In this document: piece after piece, positions 17,786-28,119 of the stretch
Position numbering within the stretch: the first letter of the stretch is position 1
Layout of the letters: every line of letters begins with the position of its first letter
Assembly (NCBI GenBank): GCA_023137595.1
Contig: JAGLOZ010000071.1
Coordinates: forward strand, 1-39,386
Origin: Minisyncoccota bacterium
Lineage (GTDB): Bacteria; Patescibacteriota; Minisyncoccia; JAHIHE01; JAGLIN01
Direction: 5' to 3'
Length of the DNA stretch: 39,386 nucleotides
Position numbers and translations under genes: made by a program
Notes under the pieces: model-generated
What the model was told of the DNA's origin: nothing
What the model saw: only the letters and a program-made list of their open reading frames with translations
The model's database searches: none

Positions 17786-18175
17786 ATGCTATTTTTGCCT
17801 AAATATTGGAAAAAGAAGATTTTCTTTATAGGAATTTTTTGCTGTTTGTTTTTTATTTCAATCTGTAGCTCGGTGGTATGTTTTTGCGCAGCTTCCTGTG
17901 ATCCGGAAACTTCATTCTTTTGCAATCCTTTGCGGGGGACTGTAGGGACGCTTGTTGAAGGAGGAGAAAAAATGACCGGCTATATCCTGGGTCTAATCGG
18001 ATCCGTAGCGCTGCTTCTCATAATAATATCCGGCATCATGTATATAACTTCTGCCGGAAATGAAGAAAAAATTGCTTCTTCAAAGAAAATACTTACCGGA
18101 TCGGTTGTTGGCCTCGCGATCGCGCTTCTCGCATTTAGTTTGCTTCAAGTTCTTTTGTCGATTCTTAATATGTAG
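17786..18175 (+). CDS. CPR-type pilin (TrbC/VirB2-like)
   Basis: CNPL...ISGIMYITSAGNEEKIASSKKIL. Confidence 0.85.
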   Translation: MLFLPKYWKKKIFFIGIFCCLFFISICSSVVCFCAASCDPETSFFCNPLRGTVGTLVEGGEKMTGYILGLIGSVALLLIIISGIMYITSAGNEEKIASSKKILTGSVVGLAIALLAFSLLQVLLSILNM

Positions 18176-18185
18176 GATAAAAAAC

Positions 18186-18298
18186 ATCCAATAACCAACG
18201 TCCAACATTCATTCAATATCTAAAATTTAAATAATCAACAAAATTGAATATTGAAAGTTGAGTGTTGAATGAATATTGGGTATTGTCTATTGAATATT
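18186..18298. repeat. Inverted array of degenerate 7-mers
   Basis: CCAATAACCAAC..CAACATTCATTCAATAT / ATATTGAAAGTTGAGTGTTGAATGAATATTGGGTATTG. Confidence 0.65.
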
Positions 18299-18312
18299 AA
18301 AACATTTTTTCA

Positions 18313-18879
18313 ATGAAATTTATAACAAATAAAATATTTTTAGTTTTATTCGCGGTTTTGTTTGTAGTTTTGCCGTTAATAGGGTTTTCGCATAATGCCA
18401 GCGCTGTGCTTGGCACTCCGACTTGCGCTCCCAATGATGGATGTTTACCTTCCTGTCTTCCTGATTTTGGAGTTCCTGACCCGGACTGTATAGACTTAGG
18501 AGTTCCCGGACTATGTCCAAAGTTGCAAGGCTCTAAAGGCTTGATCCCGTGTGGTAAAAATTATGATGACCCTGATACTGATTGGGATGAATGCGCGTAT
18601 TGCAGTCTGTGTTCCTTTATTTTTATGGGACAGCTTATCGTAGAATTCCTTCTTAAAATTACCGCAGTTGTAGCTGTTTTGGCTATTGCTGCCGGAGGGT
18701 TTCTTTATATGTTCGCTGCCGGAAGTCAAGGCACCATAGATAACGCAAAATCAATTATAAAGTACGCTTTGATCGGTTTTGTAATTGTTTTTATTTCATG
18801 GGCGGTAGTTGGCACAGTTTTGACAATGTTCGGATATATAGATCCAATCGGAGGAGAGTGGTATGCGTTAGACTGCTAA
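18313..18879 (+). CDS. CPR-type pilin with Cys-rich extension
   Basis: GLIPCG...CSLC...GGFLYMFAAGS...AKSIIKYALIG. Confidence 0.85.
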   Translation: MKFITNKIFLVLFAVLFVVLPLIGFSHNASAVLGTPTCAPNDGCLPSCLPDFGVPDPDCIDLGVPGLCPKLQGSKGLIPCGKNYDDPDTDWDECAYCSLCSFIFMGQLIVEFLLKITAVVAVLAIAAGGFLYMFAAGSQGTIDNAKSIIKYALIGFVIVFISWAVVGTVLTMFGYIDPIGGEWYALDC

Positions 18880-19492
18880 TCAGTTCCTGCTAAAACACTA
18901 ATTCAATGTATGGAATTTCAATAATTCATAAAAGTAACAGTCATCTTTATGAACATATTGATTTCTATAAAATAGCTTACTACGACTGATAAATCTTGAT
19001 AGCGATTTAATTCTCCGGCGACTGTTACTGAGACTTTATAACTATTTCAACAAGAACCCTAATTATATCGTCCTAACTGATGTATTGTTAAGATGTTTAA
19101 AATTTGAAAGGTTATTTATTTACAAACTCTGGGCGGGTAAGTTATATTTAGTTAAAATTATTGTGTTTATAACACTGCTGATCTTGTTAGTCAGTTTTGT
19201 TTTTTTGTAAAAAAGATAAAAATAATCTGGAATTATTAAAAAGCTAGACAAAAGTTAACGAATAATCGAAAATACAAGAGAACAAGAGAAGAAAGAGGAG
19301 TCCATAGAGAATGATGAGAAAAAAATAATGGCGAAAAATTTTCAAAAACTTATTAGTTGAAATTAAAAATTTAATAGACCTGTCGGTTAGCTGGCAGGAA
19401 TTAAAAATTAAGATTAAGTTTCTACCTTTACATATAATATTTTTATGTTAAAATGTTAAAATGTTAGTATGTTAAAATGATCATATGATTTT

Positions 19493-19566
19493 GGGCCATT
19501 AGCTCAGTTGGTTAGAGCGCGATCCTTATAAGGTCGATGTCCCTGGTTCAAGTCCAGGATGGCCCA
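19493..19566 (+). tRNA. tRNA-Ile (anticodon UAU), CCA not encoded
   Basis: Acceptor GGGCCAT/ATGGCCC, D arm GCTCAGTTGGTTAGAGC, anticodon arm CGATC-CTTATAA-GGTCG (TAT at 19527-19529), T arm CCTGG-TTCAAGT-CCAGG. Confidence 0.95.
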
Positions 19567-19665
19567 CAGCAAAACAATAGAGCGATAAAATTTCCAAACA
19601 CTTTGCAAGTAGGTTCTACGGCTCTAAATGAACTATGGAGTTATCAGATTCTAGTGCTCAAAACC

Positions 19666-19697
19666 AAAAATAGGCTTCTATTAAAAAGCCTATTTTT
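19666..19697. terminator. Bidirectional terminator
   Basis: AAAAATAGGCT...AGCCTATTTTT between the convergent tRNA and SBP gene. Confidence 0.8.
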
Positions 19698-19746
19698 TAT
19701 TGTAAAAGTAAAAGATCCATAATTCTCGCTTCATTATTCTATTTTT

Positions 19747-21099
19747 TTAATCCAGCGATCTGATTTTACTCGCAGCATAATTTGCTGCTTGTTCTATTGT
19801 CTTTTTTTTATTCTCGTCATTTGTTATTATTGAGTCTAGCATTTCTAATAAAACCTTATCAACAGCTTTATCGTCATAGCGAGGCCAGCTTTTTGCAGTA
19901 AGAACTTGGCTTGCGAACACACTTCTCGCGTCATCAGAATCAGAGGCTTGTTCTTGCGCAAGTTGCAAGTTTGCGGATGCCCTATTCGTTGCATCTAGAT
20001 AAAGACCGACATTTTCTTTTTTAGCGGCAAAATTTAGATATTCCCATGCAAGGTCGTAGCAACTAACAGAAGATTTACAGGGTGCTATCTTGGGCACAGC
20101 AGGCACCCAGTAGGTTGCATAATTAACTTTATAGTTTTTGTCAAATTGCGGAACGGGAGCAATTTTAAATTTTAATATACCTCCGGTTTTAGTTGTAACA
20201 TTATCTATGTGATGAGAATAATTGATCATCATTGTTGCTTTTCTTTGCGTGAACGCGTCTATAGAATATATCTGGTCTTCATTCCATGTGTAGAATCTTT
20301 TTGCTGGATCAGTAAAATCCGTATAAAATTTTATAGCGGAAATAGTCTCTGGATTTCTAATAGAAATTTCAGATTCTAAAATACCATTTCTATAATTGTT
20401 TTGCATAGCCAGAAGAAGAATAATGTCTTGGCTTCTATTCACATTGCTTCCTCCTCCAAATGCAGCTCCAGCTTTCTCAATATTTCCGTTTTCATCAAGT
20501 ATAGTAAGTTTTTCAGTATAGTTTTTAAATTCATCCCATGTTTGAGGAGCGTTAAGAAAACCTTCGTTTATAAATCTGTCTTCATTATAATATAATGCTG
20601 GAGTGTCAATGTAAAAAGGAAGCGCGTATATGGTGCCTTCATCAGACATAAGATCATCAACAGTGACTTGAGCAAATGTATTTTTAAATTGAGAAACGTC
20701 CATCATTTTAGCGGGTACAGGTAAAAGTTTTTCTTGATATCTTGGAATCCATGAATTAAATAGCATAAAGATATTAGGTCCTTTCCCTTCAAACTGCATT
20801 TCTCTTATTATATCTTCGTAATTTGCTTGGTCTGATATTTTTTTGTAGTTTATGAGAACATCTAGATAGCCGTTTTCCTGCTTTTTTTTGTATGCGTTAA
20901 ATTTTTCGCTAACATCTTTCCAATCGTTCGCACTGTCCCAAGGACCGACCATGGTCAAAACAACTACTGGAGGCGGCGGGCCTGAAAGCGGTCTGGTTCC
21001 GGGACATTTTTCAAATGGCGGGCATTCAAACATAAACCAAGCTGCGACAAGAATAAATAATATTATAACGCCGATTAAAAGTATTTTTGATTTTGTCAT
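19747..21099 (-). CDS. Membrane-anchored extracellular solute-binding protein (family 1, sugar-type)
   Basis: IYALPFYIDTPALYYNED...APQTWDEF; AF..RKATMMINYS. Confidence 0.85.
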   Translation of the reverse strand: MTKSKILLIGVIILFILVAAWFMFECPPFEKCPGTRPLSGPPPPVVVLTMVGPWDSANDWKDVSEKFNAYKKKQENGYLDVLINYKKISDQANYEDIIREMQFEGKGPNIFMLFNSWIPRYQEKLLPVPAKMMDVSQFKNTFAQVTVDDLMSDEGTIYALPFYIDTPALYYNEDRFINEGFLNAPQTWDEFKNYTEKLTILDENGNIEKAGAAFGGGSNVNRSQDIILLLAMQNNYRNGILESEISIRNPETISAIKFYTDFTDPAKRFYTWNEDQIYSIDAFTQRKATMMINYSHHIDNVTTKTGGILKFKIAPVPQFDKNYKVNYATYWVPAVPKIAPCKSSVSCYDLAWEYLNFAAKKENVGLYLDATNRASANLQLAQEQASDSDDARSVFASQVLTAKSWPRYDDKAVDKVLLEMLDSIITNDENKKKTIEQAANYAASKIRSLD

Positions 21100-21311
21100 T
21101 TTTGTAAATTTAAAATTTATCGCATAGAAATTTAATAATTTGCTTGAATACGGGAGATGTTCGCGAATGTCGCTTGCAAGTGCGCTTTGTGTATGTGCGT
21201 AAGCCTAATTTAAAACATAGGAATTTCTGCACTACTCTATCTGCATTTAAAATCTCTTCTAATTTTTCTTTATCAGATGGAAAATAGAACGCGCAAAGCT
21301 TAGTTTGCGAT

Positions 21312-21893
21312 CTATCTAATCGCAGAAAAAACCATTCCGTAGTGTTTATTGCCAGTGTTAAGGTTTTTTATGATTTTTAAACCATTTTTAATAGATAGCT
21401 TTTTTATATCTTCTTCGCTAAGGCAATGTTCAAATTTTGGTCCTAACGGGACTTTATCAGGAATCCAGTCAATAATAATGATTTTCCCATTATCTTTTAT
21501 AATTCTTTTTGCCTCGCCTATAACAGAATCATAGTCGTTGCATTGAAATAATATATTTGCCAATACAGCTAAGTCAACAGATCTATCTTTGATATTGGAG
21601 CCGCCGATCGTTTCTATATTTGCTCTTACAGTTTCTATATTTAAAAGTCCATATATTTTTGCTTTACTTAAAACAGATTCAAGCGCGCTGTTTAAAACAT
21701 CTACCGCATAAACCTTGCCGCTGTTTGTTACTAGTTTTGCGATTGGAATCGTAAAATATCCCGCGCCACAGCCAAAATCAGCAATGATCATACCGCTGGT
21801 GATATTCATTTTTTTTATAATATCATCTGGATTCATAAGTCCTCCGCTGCCAACTTCACTTATTATTCCAATATCATTTTTATTTTCCTCCAT
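21312..21893 (-). CDS. Class I SAM-dependent methyltransferase
   Basis: IADFGCGAGYF, VYAVDV and GKIIIIDW motifs. Confidence 0.88.
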   Translation of the reverse strand: MEENKNDIGIISEVGSGGLMNPDDIIKKMNITSGMIIADFGCGAGYFTIPIAKLVTNSGKVYAVDVLNSALESVLSKAKIYGLLNIETVRANIETIGGSNIKDRSVDLAVLANILFQCNDYDSVIGEAKRIIKDNGKIIIIDWIPDKVPLGPKFEHCLSEEDIKKLSIKNGLKIIKNLNTGNKHYGMVFSAIR

Positions 21894-22017
21894 TTGTTTT
21901 TTTATTAAATAATTAAATTGTCAAATTGCTAATATTGCCAAATTATCGCACATTTTATTTTCTTCTGACAATTTAACAATAAAAAATATTCGTAAAATGC
22001 AAGAATTTTTTCTTATC

Positions 22018-22111
22018 GTAGAGATGAGGATGAAGCCCATCTCTACTTCTGTGGGAAACATTATGAAATTGGTTGCCTGCCTGTCGGACAGGCAGGCAAA
22101 CCAGTTCCCGC
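22018..22111. repeat. GTAG-type REP hairpins with a nested CCTGCCTG..CAGGCAGG palindrome
   Basis: GTAGAGATG/CATCTCTAC; TGGTT[GCCTGCCTGTCGGACAGGCAGGC]AAACCA. Confidence 0.7.
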
Positions 22112-22141
22112 GTCGTTTAAATTTTTATATGTTAAAATGTT

Positions 22142-24613
22142 TTACACGATCGCTATTGAAGACACCTTATCTTCACTGCTAAGCCTCATCACTCGAACGC
22201 CTTGAGTAGCGCGTCCTGATTTTGCGATATTGGAAAAGGGAGTTCTAATCACTTGTCCCTTGCGAGAAATAAGCAATAGATCTTCACTTAATTGATTTTC
22301 GCCTATAACCCTTGAACTGACAAGCGGTCCTGTTTTGGTATTAATTATCGCAGTTTTTATTCCACTGCCTCCTCTGCGCTGAATTTTGTAAAATTTTAAG
22401 TTGCTTATTTTTCCAAAACCATTTTCAGATATAGTAAAGATATATTTTTTTTCTTTTCCAGAATCAAAAACAACATCCATGCTGATAACTTTGCTTGCCG
22501 GTTTTAACTTGATAGCTTTTACTCCAGAAGCGCTTCTGCCCATAGATCTTATGTCTTTTTCTTTGAATCTAATCGATTGTCCTCTCGAAGAAACTATAAT
22601 GACATTATTATTACCATTACTTGACCTGACCCACCTTAACTCATCATCTTTTTTTAGTTTAACCGCGATAAGTCCGGACCTTCTAACATTTGTGAATTCT
22701 TCTATGCCCGTTTTCTTCATTATACCATTTTTTGTCGCCATTACAAGAAACTTTGTATCATCTTTTTTATCAATGGATATAACCGCTGTAACAATTTCTT
22801 CAGTAGAGAGTTGGAGAAAATTAACAATTGCCTGGCCCTTTGCCGTTCTTGAACTAGCTGGAATTTCATAAGCTTTTGTTTGGAAAACTCTGCCAAAGTT
22901 TGTAAAGAATAATAAATTATTATGGGTGTTTGTTACAAACAGATGATCCACAACATCCTCTTCTTTTGTTGTTGCTCCAATGACTCCTTTGCCTCCTCTA
23001 TGCTGAACATGATAGGTCGTGGTATCCATTCTTTTTATATATCCTTCCCTGGTAAGAGTTATTATTACATCTTCGCTTGGAACTAGATCTTCTTGAGAAA
23101 ATTCGTCGATAGCGCTTTTGACAATTTTTGTTCTTCTTCCGTTTCCATATTTTTTTCCAGCTTCAGTCAATTCATTTTTGATAATTTCCATAATCCTTGT
23201 CTTGCTTTTTAGTATTGCCTGGAGTTTCTTGATAAGCTTTTTCTTTTCTTCCAATTCGTCTTTTATTTTTTTTCTTTCCAAACCGGCAAGCGTTTGAAGT
23301 CTCATTTCTAAAATCGCAGTTGATTGTCTATCGCTTAGCTTGAACTTGTCCATTAAATCTATATGAGCTTTTTCTTTTGTAGGAGCTTTCTTGATCGTTT
23401 TAATTATAGCATCAATATTATTAAGAGCAATATTCAATCCTTCCAATATATGCGCTCTTTCTTTTGTTTTATCTAATTCAAATTTAGTTCTTCTTCTGAC
23501 AACTTCTTCACGATGGATAAGATAATACTCAAGAATCATTTTTAAATTTAGAACTCTTGGTTGTATTCCATCAACAAGGGCAAGCATATTAAAGTGGAAT
23601 GCCTTTTGCAGATCAGTAAGTTTGTATAGTCTGTTCAAAATTTTCTTTGGGTAGGCGTCATTTTTCAGGTCCATAACGATCCTGACTCCGTCTCTGTCAG
23701 ATTCATCTCTAATATCTTTTATTCCTTCAATCCTTTTTATCTTAACAAGTTCGGCTATTTTTTCAATTAGATTGGATTTGTTTACCTGATAGATCACCTC
23801 AGAAACAATTATTTGAAAACGACCCTTTTTGTTTTCTACAATTTCAACTTTTGCGCGGATATCTATTTTTCCTCGTCCTGTTGAATAAGCATTTATGATA
23901 TCTTTATGACCGTAAATTATGCCACCAGTCGGAAAATCGGGACCTTTAACGAATTTTAGCAGATCTTCAATTGTAGCGTTCTGATTATCTATGAGATAAA
24001 CAGTTGCCTCTATTATTTCTTCAAGATTGTGCGGAGGTATATTAGTTGCCATTCCGACTGCGATGCCCATTGCGCCGTTCAATAACAATTGAGGAATTCT
24101 GGCAGGCAGAACTGTCGGTTCTTTGCGGCTTTTGTCGTAATTATCAGCGAAATTAACTGTATTTTTTTCTATATCAACAAGCAGTTCTTCCGCAATTGGT
24201 TTTAATTTTGCTTCTGTGTATCTCATGGCAGCAGCACTATCTCCATCCATTGAGCCGAAGTTTCCTTGACCATTGACAAGTGGATAGCGCATTGAAAAGT
24301 CTTGAGCCATTCTAACCATTGAATCATATACCGCCACATCTCCGTGCGGGTGATATTTTCCCAAAACCTCTCCTACAACTGTCGCTGATTTTCTAAATTT
24401 AGCTTGAGGTTTAAGTCCGATGTCATGCATTGCATATAGAATTCTTCGGTGGACAGGCTTAAGTCCATCACGAACATCTGGAAGAGCGCGAGAGACAATG
24501 ACACTCATTGCATAATCAAGATAACATTCCTGCATCTCTTCAACTATCGCTTTGTCTTCAATTTTTCCAACATTTTTTTCTGCTGGTTTATTATCATCTT
24601 TTTCTTTTTTCAT
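22142..24613 (-). CDS. gyrA: DNA gyrase subunit A
   Basis: [29 protein letters not shown] and the GyrA box QHRGGKG. Confidence 0.98.
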   Translation of the reverse strand: MKKEKDDNKPAEKNVGKIEDKAIVEEMQECYLDYAMSVIVSRALPDVRDGLKPVHRRILYAMHDIGLKPQAKFRKSATVVGEVLGKYHPHGDVAVYDSMVRMAQDFSMRYPLVNGQGNFGSMDGDSAAAMRYTEAKLKPIAEELLVDIEKNTVNFADNYDKSRKEPTVLPARIPQLLLNGAMGIAVGMATNIPPHNLEEIIEATVYLIDNQNATIEDLLKFVKGPDFPTGGIIYGHKDIINAYSTGRGKIDIRAKVEIVENKKGRFQIIVSEVIYQVNKSNLIEKIAELVKIKRIEGIKDIRDESDRDGVRIVMDLKNDAYPKKILNRLYKLTDLQKAFHFNMLALVDGIQPRVLNLKMILEYYLIHREEVVRRRTKFELDKTKERAHILEGLNIALNNIDAIIKTIKKAPTKEKAHIDLMDKFKLSDRQSTAILEMRLQTLAGLERKKIKDELEEKKKLIKKLQAILKSKTRIMEIIKNELTEAGKKYGNGRRTKIVKSAIDEFSQEDLVPSEDVIITLTREGYIKRMDTTTYHVQHRGGKGVIGATTKEEDVVDHLFVTNTHNNLLFFTNFGRVFQTKAYEIPASSRTAKGQAIVNFLQLSTEEIVTAVISIDKKDDTKFLVMATKNGIMKKTGIEEFTNVRRSGLIAVKLKKDDELRWVRSSNGNNNVIIVSSRGQSIRFKEKDIRSMGRSASGVKAIKLKPASKVISMDVVFDSGKEKKYIFTISENGFGKISNLKFYKIQRRGGSGIKTAIINTKTGPLVSSRVIGENQLSEDLLLISRKGQVIRTPFSNIAKSGRATQGVRVMRLSSEDKVSSIAIV

Positions 24614-24670
24614 AAGGAGTTATTTTAGTGGTGTTTAATTTAAAATACAGGAACTTCAATATCTGTCACG

Positions 24671-24714
24671 GTGACGGGCACCTTAGCATCAAATATATCT
24701 AAGGTGCCCGTCAC
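24671..24714. repeat. Perfect 16-bp inverted repeat (REP-like)
   Basis: GTGACGGGCACCTTAG-12 nt-CTAAGGTGCCCGTCAC. Confidence 0.85.
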
Positions 24715-24776
24715 TTAGTAATGCTTTATGTCTGCCTTCCGGACTGGCAGTCCTATATGTGTTCATAGGACCTGGT

Positions 24777-25559
24777 CTATTGTAGAGGAGCTAAATATGT
24801 AGAGTCTAGCAGATTATCATAAAATGAAATAACCTCTCCGTTTTGAGCGTCTATAAGGTAAATATAATCACAAATAGGTTGAAGTGAAAAGACATTTATT
24901 TTCCAAGCTAAATAATATTTGACTGGATTACTATCAGTATCTCTATAAACAACTATTTCTGAACTTTTTAAATCTAGACTTTCATTTTTCAAAGCGTCAG
25001 CTATTAAATTAAAAGCCTCATCTTCTGTAATTCTTGGTTCAATGTTGTTAATCTCAATATTTGTATCAAAATTAGAGTCTGAATGAGCTATTTTTTCTTC
25101 TTCATCGCTTATAATAAAAGATACGCTGCTTTTATATACTAAAATGTCTTTATGATACTGCTCATATTCTACATACCAGCTGTTTTTCCATTTCTCAATA
25201 TTTTTTAATTTTAAATCAGATAAATTTGCGTCTTTAAGGTAATTATTCTCTTCAATATAATTTTTTACCGCTTCCTCTATTTCTCTTTCTTCGTTTTTAA
25301 TAGCAGCTTCATTGGTAATAGCATTATAATTTTTGCTTATTTTATTAATATTATCAAGTTCGCTTTTGAAATTAGGAAATGAAGAAAATATTGATTTCTC
25401 GTAATTATACCGCGTACTTTTTTTTGAATTTAAGCTAATGTATAATCCTATGACCACAACAATCATACAAAAAGCAACAAAAATCCATATAATTTTGATT
25501 TTTGTTTCTTCTGGTTCATCCTGTATTTTTTTTAGTTTATTTTTAAATTTGTTTATCAT
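24777..25559 (-). CDS. Membrane-anchored FTP/PepSY propeptide-like protein
   Basis: YVEYEQYHKDILVY (FTP-like); PRITEDEA...LAWKI...YLIDAQNGEVI (PepSY); no HExxH. Confidence 0.75.
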   Translation of the reverse strand: MINKFKNKLKKIQDEPEETKIKIIWIFVAFCMIVVVIGLYISLNSKKSTRYNYEKSIFSSFPNFKSELDNINKISKNYNAITNEAAIKNEEREIEEAVKNYIEENNYLKDANLSDLKLKNIEKWKNSWYVEYEQYHKDILVYKSSVSFIISDEEEKIAHSDSNFDTNIEINNIEPRITEDEAFNLIADALKNESLDLKSSEIVVYRDTDSNPVKYYLAWKINVFSLQPICDYIYLIDAQNGEVISFYDNLLDSTYLAPLQ

Positions 25560-25626
25560 AATTTAGTAGATAGTATCGAGTATGTAGTATTTAGCACTGC
25601 ATATTAAACTTTCAAACCCTGTTTGT

Positions 25627-25792
25627 TGTCATTGCAGGGAGCGACAGTGACGAAGCAATCCCGAAACTATACACACAGAGCTGCAATATAACACTACATG
25701 AATCTAAACTCGGGACTACCAGAGCTTGCCCTGAGCGATAGCCGAGGTTGGTCTTTCTCTCATTACATTCGTTCAGCTTCTTCGCAATGACA
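25627..25792. mobile_element. Family-B palindromic element with nested insert
   Basis: TGTCATTGCAGGGAGCGAC..GAAGCAATCCCG ... CGGGACT..[GAGCTTGCCCTGAGCGATAGCCGAGG]..TTCGCAATGACA. Confidence 0.78.
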
Positions 25793-25844
25793 ATGAGGCG
25801 TATAACAATGAATTTCTCACCAGCGTTCGCTAAATACTAAATAC

Positions 25845-26495
25845 TTACGCAGTTTTCATTAACACAACTTTTGCTTCATTTTGAGGTAGATCTTTTTTCT
25901 TTATGTTAAATTTCTCAACAGCATCTTCTGCGGATATGCCGTGCTCTTTGCAAAAATTATCGGCATTATCTATCTTTGACAAGTCTCCGGACATTCCTGT
26001 AAGTTTATAGTGCATAGGAATAACTATTCTTGGTTCAGTTTGGCTTATTATGACGCTTGCCAGTTTCCAATCTATAGTAAAAATTCCGCCGATAGGAATA
26101 AAAAGGACGTCAATTTGTCCTATTTTTTCCAGCTGACTATTCAAAAATCCTTCTTGTCCGAAATCTCCCAAATGACAGATCCTTATATCTTCCATTTCAA
26201 TAACATAAATAATATTGTCCCCCCTTTCCTTCCCTTTACTGTTGTCATGGAAAGAATCAATGCCTCTTATTGTTATCTTTCTTATTTCGTATTCTCCGGC
26301 ACTATCAACTACGAACGGATCGCCTTTTATAATTTTAAAATTATTATGATCGTAATGATCATGACTGACTGTTACAATATTAGCCGCTCCGTAAGGCGGT
26401 TTTAATCCAATTTTTTTATCAAAAGGATCTGTAATCAAAACAATATCTTTGCTTTGTAATTTAAAACAGCTTTGCCCATACCAGGTAATGTTCAT
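25845..26495 (-). CDS. MBL-fold metallo-hydrolase
   Basis: ITWYGQSCF, TDPF, SHDHYDH, HLGD and IPMHY motifs. Confidence 0.9.
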   Translation of the reverse strand: MNITWYGQSCFKLQSKDIVLITDPFDKKIGLKPPYGAANIVTVSHDHYDHNNFKIIKGDPFVVDSAGEYEIRKITIRGIDSFHDNSKGKERGDNIIYVIEMEDIRICHLGDFGQEGFLNSQLEKIGQIDVLFIPIGGIFTIDWKLASVIISQTEPRIVIPMHYKLTGMSGDLSKIDNADNFCKEHGISAEDAVEKFNIKKKDLPQNEAKVVLMKTA

Positions 26496-26582
26496 ATTTA
26501 ACATTTTAACATTTTAACATGCTAACATCTGTGTGCTTGTTAATATGTTAGCATGTTAATATGTTAACATGAAAAAGACCCT

Positions 26583-26611
26583 TTGACAATATAAAAATAA
26601 TAGATTATACT
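26583..26611 (+). promoter_or_regulatory. Sigma70 promoter of rpsA
   Basis: TTGACA-17 bp-TATACT, followed by leader hairpin TTTGACGCTC/GAGTGTCAAA and an AAGGAG SD. Confidence 0.75.
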
Positions 26612-26675
26612 ATATTTATCATTTGACGCTCCTTTAGAGTGTCAAAAATCTCAAAAAGAAAGGAGAAAATTAAAA

Positions 26676-27950
26676 ATGGCAAGTTCTGTTAAAAAAACGA
26701 GCAAAGCTTCAAAAATGGATGTTTTACTGAATGATAAAGAAGCTCCTAAGCTTCCTAATGTTGGTGATATTATAAAAGGAAGTGTGATAGAAGCAGGCAA
26801 TAATATAATTTATGTAAATCTTGGTCCGATCGGTACCGGAGCTATTTATGGTTATGGAAAATTTGATGGCTTGACTATGATCAAGGAACTAAAGCAGGGA
26901 GATCCACTATCAGCGACTGTTACGGACATTGAAAATGATGATGGTTTTGTAGAAATGTCGTTGAAGCAGACCAGTCTTGAAATGGTTTGGAAAGAACTGG
27001 AAAAAAAGATGGAAGAAAAAGAGGTTATTGTAACCAAAGTCTTGGAAGCAAACAAAGGCGGGCTTATGATAAAGATAAATAATATTATAGGATTTTTGCC
27101 AGCTTCTCAGCTTTCCAGTGAAAATTATCCGAGAGTTGGTGATGGCGATAAGAACAAGATTTTGTCTTTATTGATGCAATTGGTTAGCAAGGATATAAAA
27201 GTTAGAATAATCGGATTGGATAAAGATGAAGGAAAACTGGTTGTGAGTGAAAAAGCTACAAAAACGGAAGAAGAAAAGCAAAAAGTTTCAAAACTGCAAG
27301 AAGGAAATATTGTTGAAGGTGAAATTAGCGGTATTGTAGATTTTGGAGCATTTGTCAAATTCAATGACAACCTTGAAGGTCTGGTGCATATTTCTGAGCT
27401 GGCATGGAAATTGATTGATGATCCGAGAAAATTGTTTAATGTCGGCCAAAAAGTCAAATGTAAGATAATCGGAATTGATGATTCAAGAATTTCGCTGAGC
27501 ATCAAAGCCTTAGAAGGAGATCCATGGCAAGAAGTAAGTGAAAAGTATAAAGTAGGCCAAAAAGTCAAAGGTGAAGTTACAAAGATAAATCCTTTCGGAG
27601 CATTTGTTCAATTAGATAAAGACATTCATGGTCTTGCGCACATATCAAAGCTAGCAGAAGAAAGCGGAATTGAATTGTTGAAAGTTGGAGGAACATATGA
27701 ATTTGATATTATTTCTATTGAACCTTCTGAACATAGGCTTGGGTTAAAACCGAGAATTAATGAAAAACAATCGCAAGAAAAGAAAGAAGATAAGAAAGTA
27801 AAGGCAAAAAATGAAGAAAATGAGAAAGAAGACGAGAATGCAAAAAAAATAAAGAAATCAGAGAAATCAGAGAAATCAGAGAAAAAAGGAAAAAAGAACA
27901 AAGATAAGAAAGAAAAAGAAGAAAAAACGAAAGAAAAATCCAAGAAATAA
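26676..27950 (+). CDS. rpsA: 30S ribosomal protein S1 (four S1 domains and a Lys/Glu-rich tail)
   Basis: NKGGL..GFLPASQL, DFGAFV..EGLVHISEL and PFGAFV..GLAHIS motifs. Confidence 0.92.
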   Translation: MASSVKKTSKASKMDVLLNDKEAPKLPNVGDIIKGSVIEAGNNIIYVNLGPIGTGAIYGYGKFDGLTMIKELKQGDPLSATVTDIENDDGFVEMSLKQTSLEMVWKELEKKMEEKEVIVTKVLEANKGGLMIKINNIIGFLPASQLSSENYPRVGDGDKNKILSLLMQLVSKDIKVRIIGLDKDEGKLVVSEKATKTEEEKQKVSKLQEGNIVEGEISGIVDFGAFVKFNDNLEGLVHISELAWKLIDDPRKLFNVGQKVKCKIIGIDDSRISLSIKALEGDPWQEVSEKYKVGQKVKGEVTKINPFGAFVQLDKDIHGLAHISKLAEESGIELLKVGGTYEFDIISIEPSEHRLGLKPRINEKQSQEKKEDKKVKAKNEENEKEDENAKKIKKSEKSEKSEKKGKKNKDKKEKEEKTKEKSKK

Positions 27951-27987
27951 CAAAATTGTGGATAACTTGTTGACAAGTTTACGATAA

Positions 27988-28025
27988 GCAACCTCGTTAC
28001 TTTATAAAAAGCGAGGTTGTTTTTG
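27988..28025 (+). terminator. rpsA terminator
   Basis: GCAACCTCGTT...AGCGAGGTTGT followed by a T tract. Confidence 0.8.
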
Positions 28026-28084
28026 TAAGGCAAGTTTCGTTCTTTAGCTTATCTTGGGTAAATAAATAGGGTTTAGCTATATGC

Positions 28085-28113
28085 TTGACCAAGGTATGTT
28101 TTTATGCTATACT
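28085..28113 (+). promoter_or_regulatory. Sigma70 promoter with extended -10
   Basis: TTGACC-17 bp-TATACT, with TG.-extended -10 (TGCTATACT). Confidence 0.7.
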
Positions 28114-28119
28114 GTATGT

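Noticed and set aside
19537-19722. 61-aa ORF overlapping the tRNA
   Set aside because: It begins inside tRNA-Ile and crosses its terminator.
27851-27885. 9-bp tandem repeat (GAAATCAGA x3) in rpsA
   Set aside because: Simple slippage in a low-complexity Lys/Glu tail.
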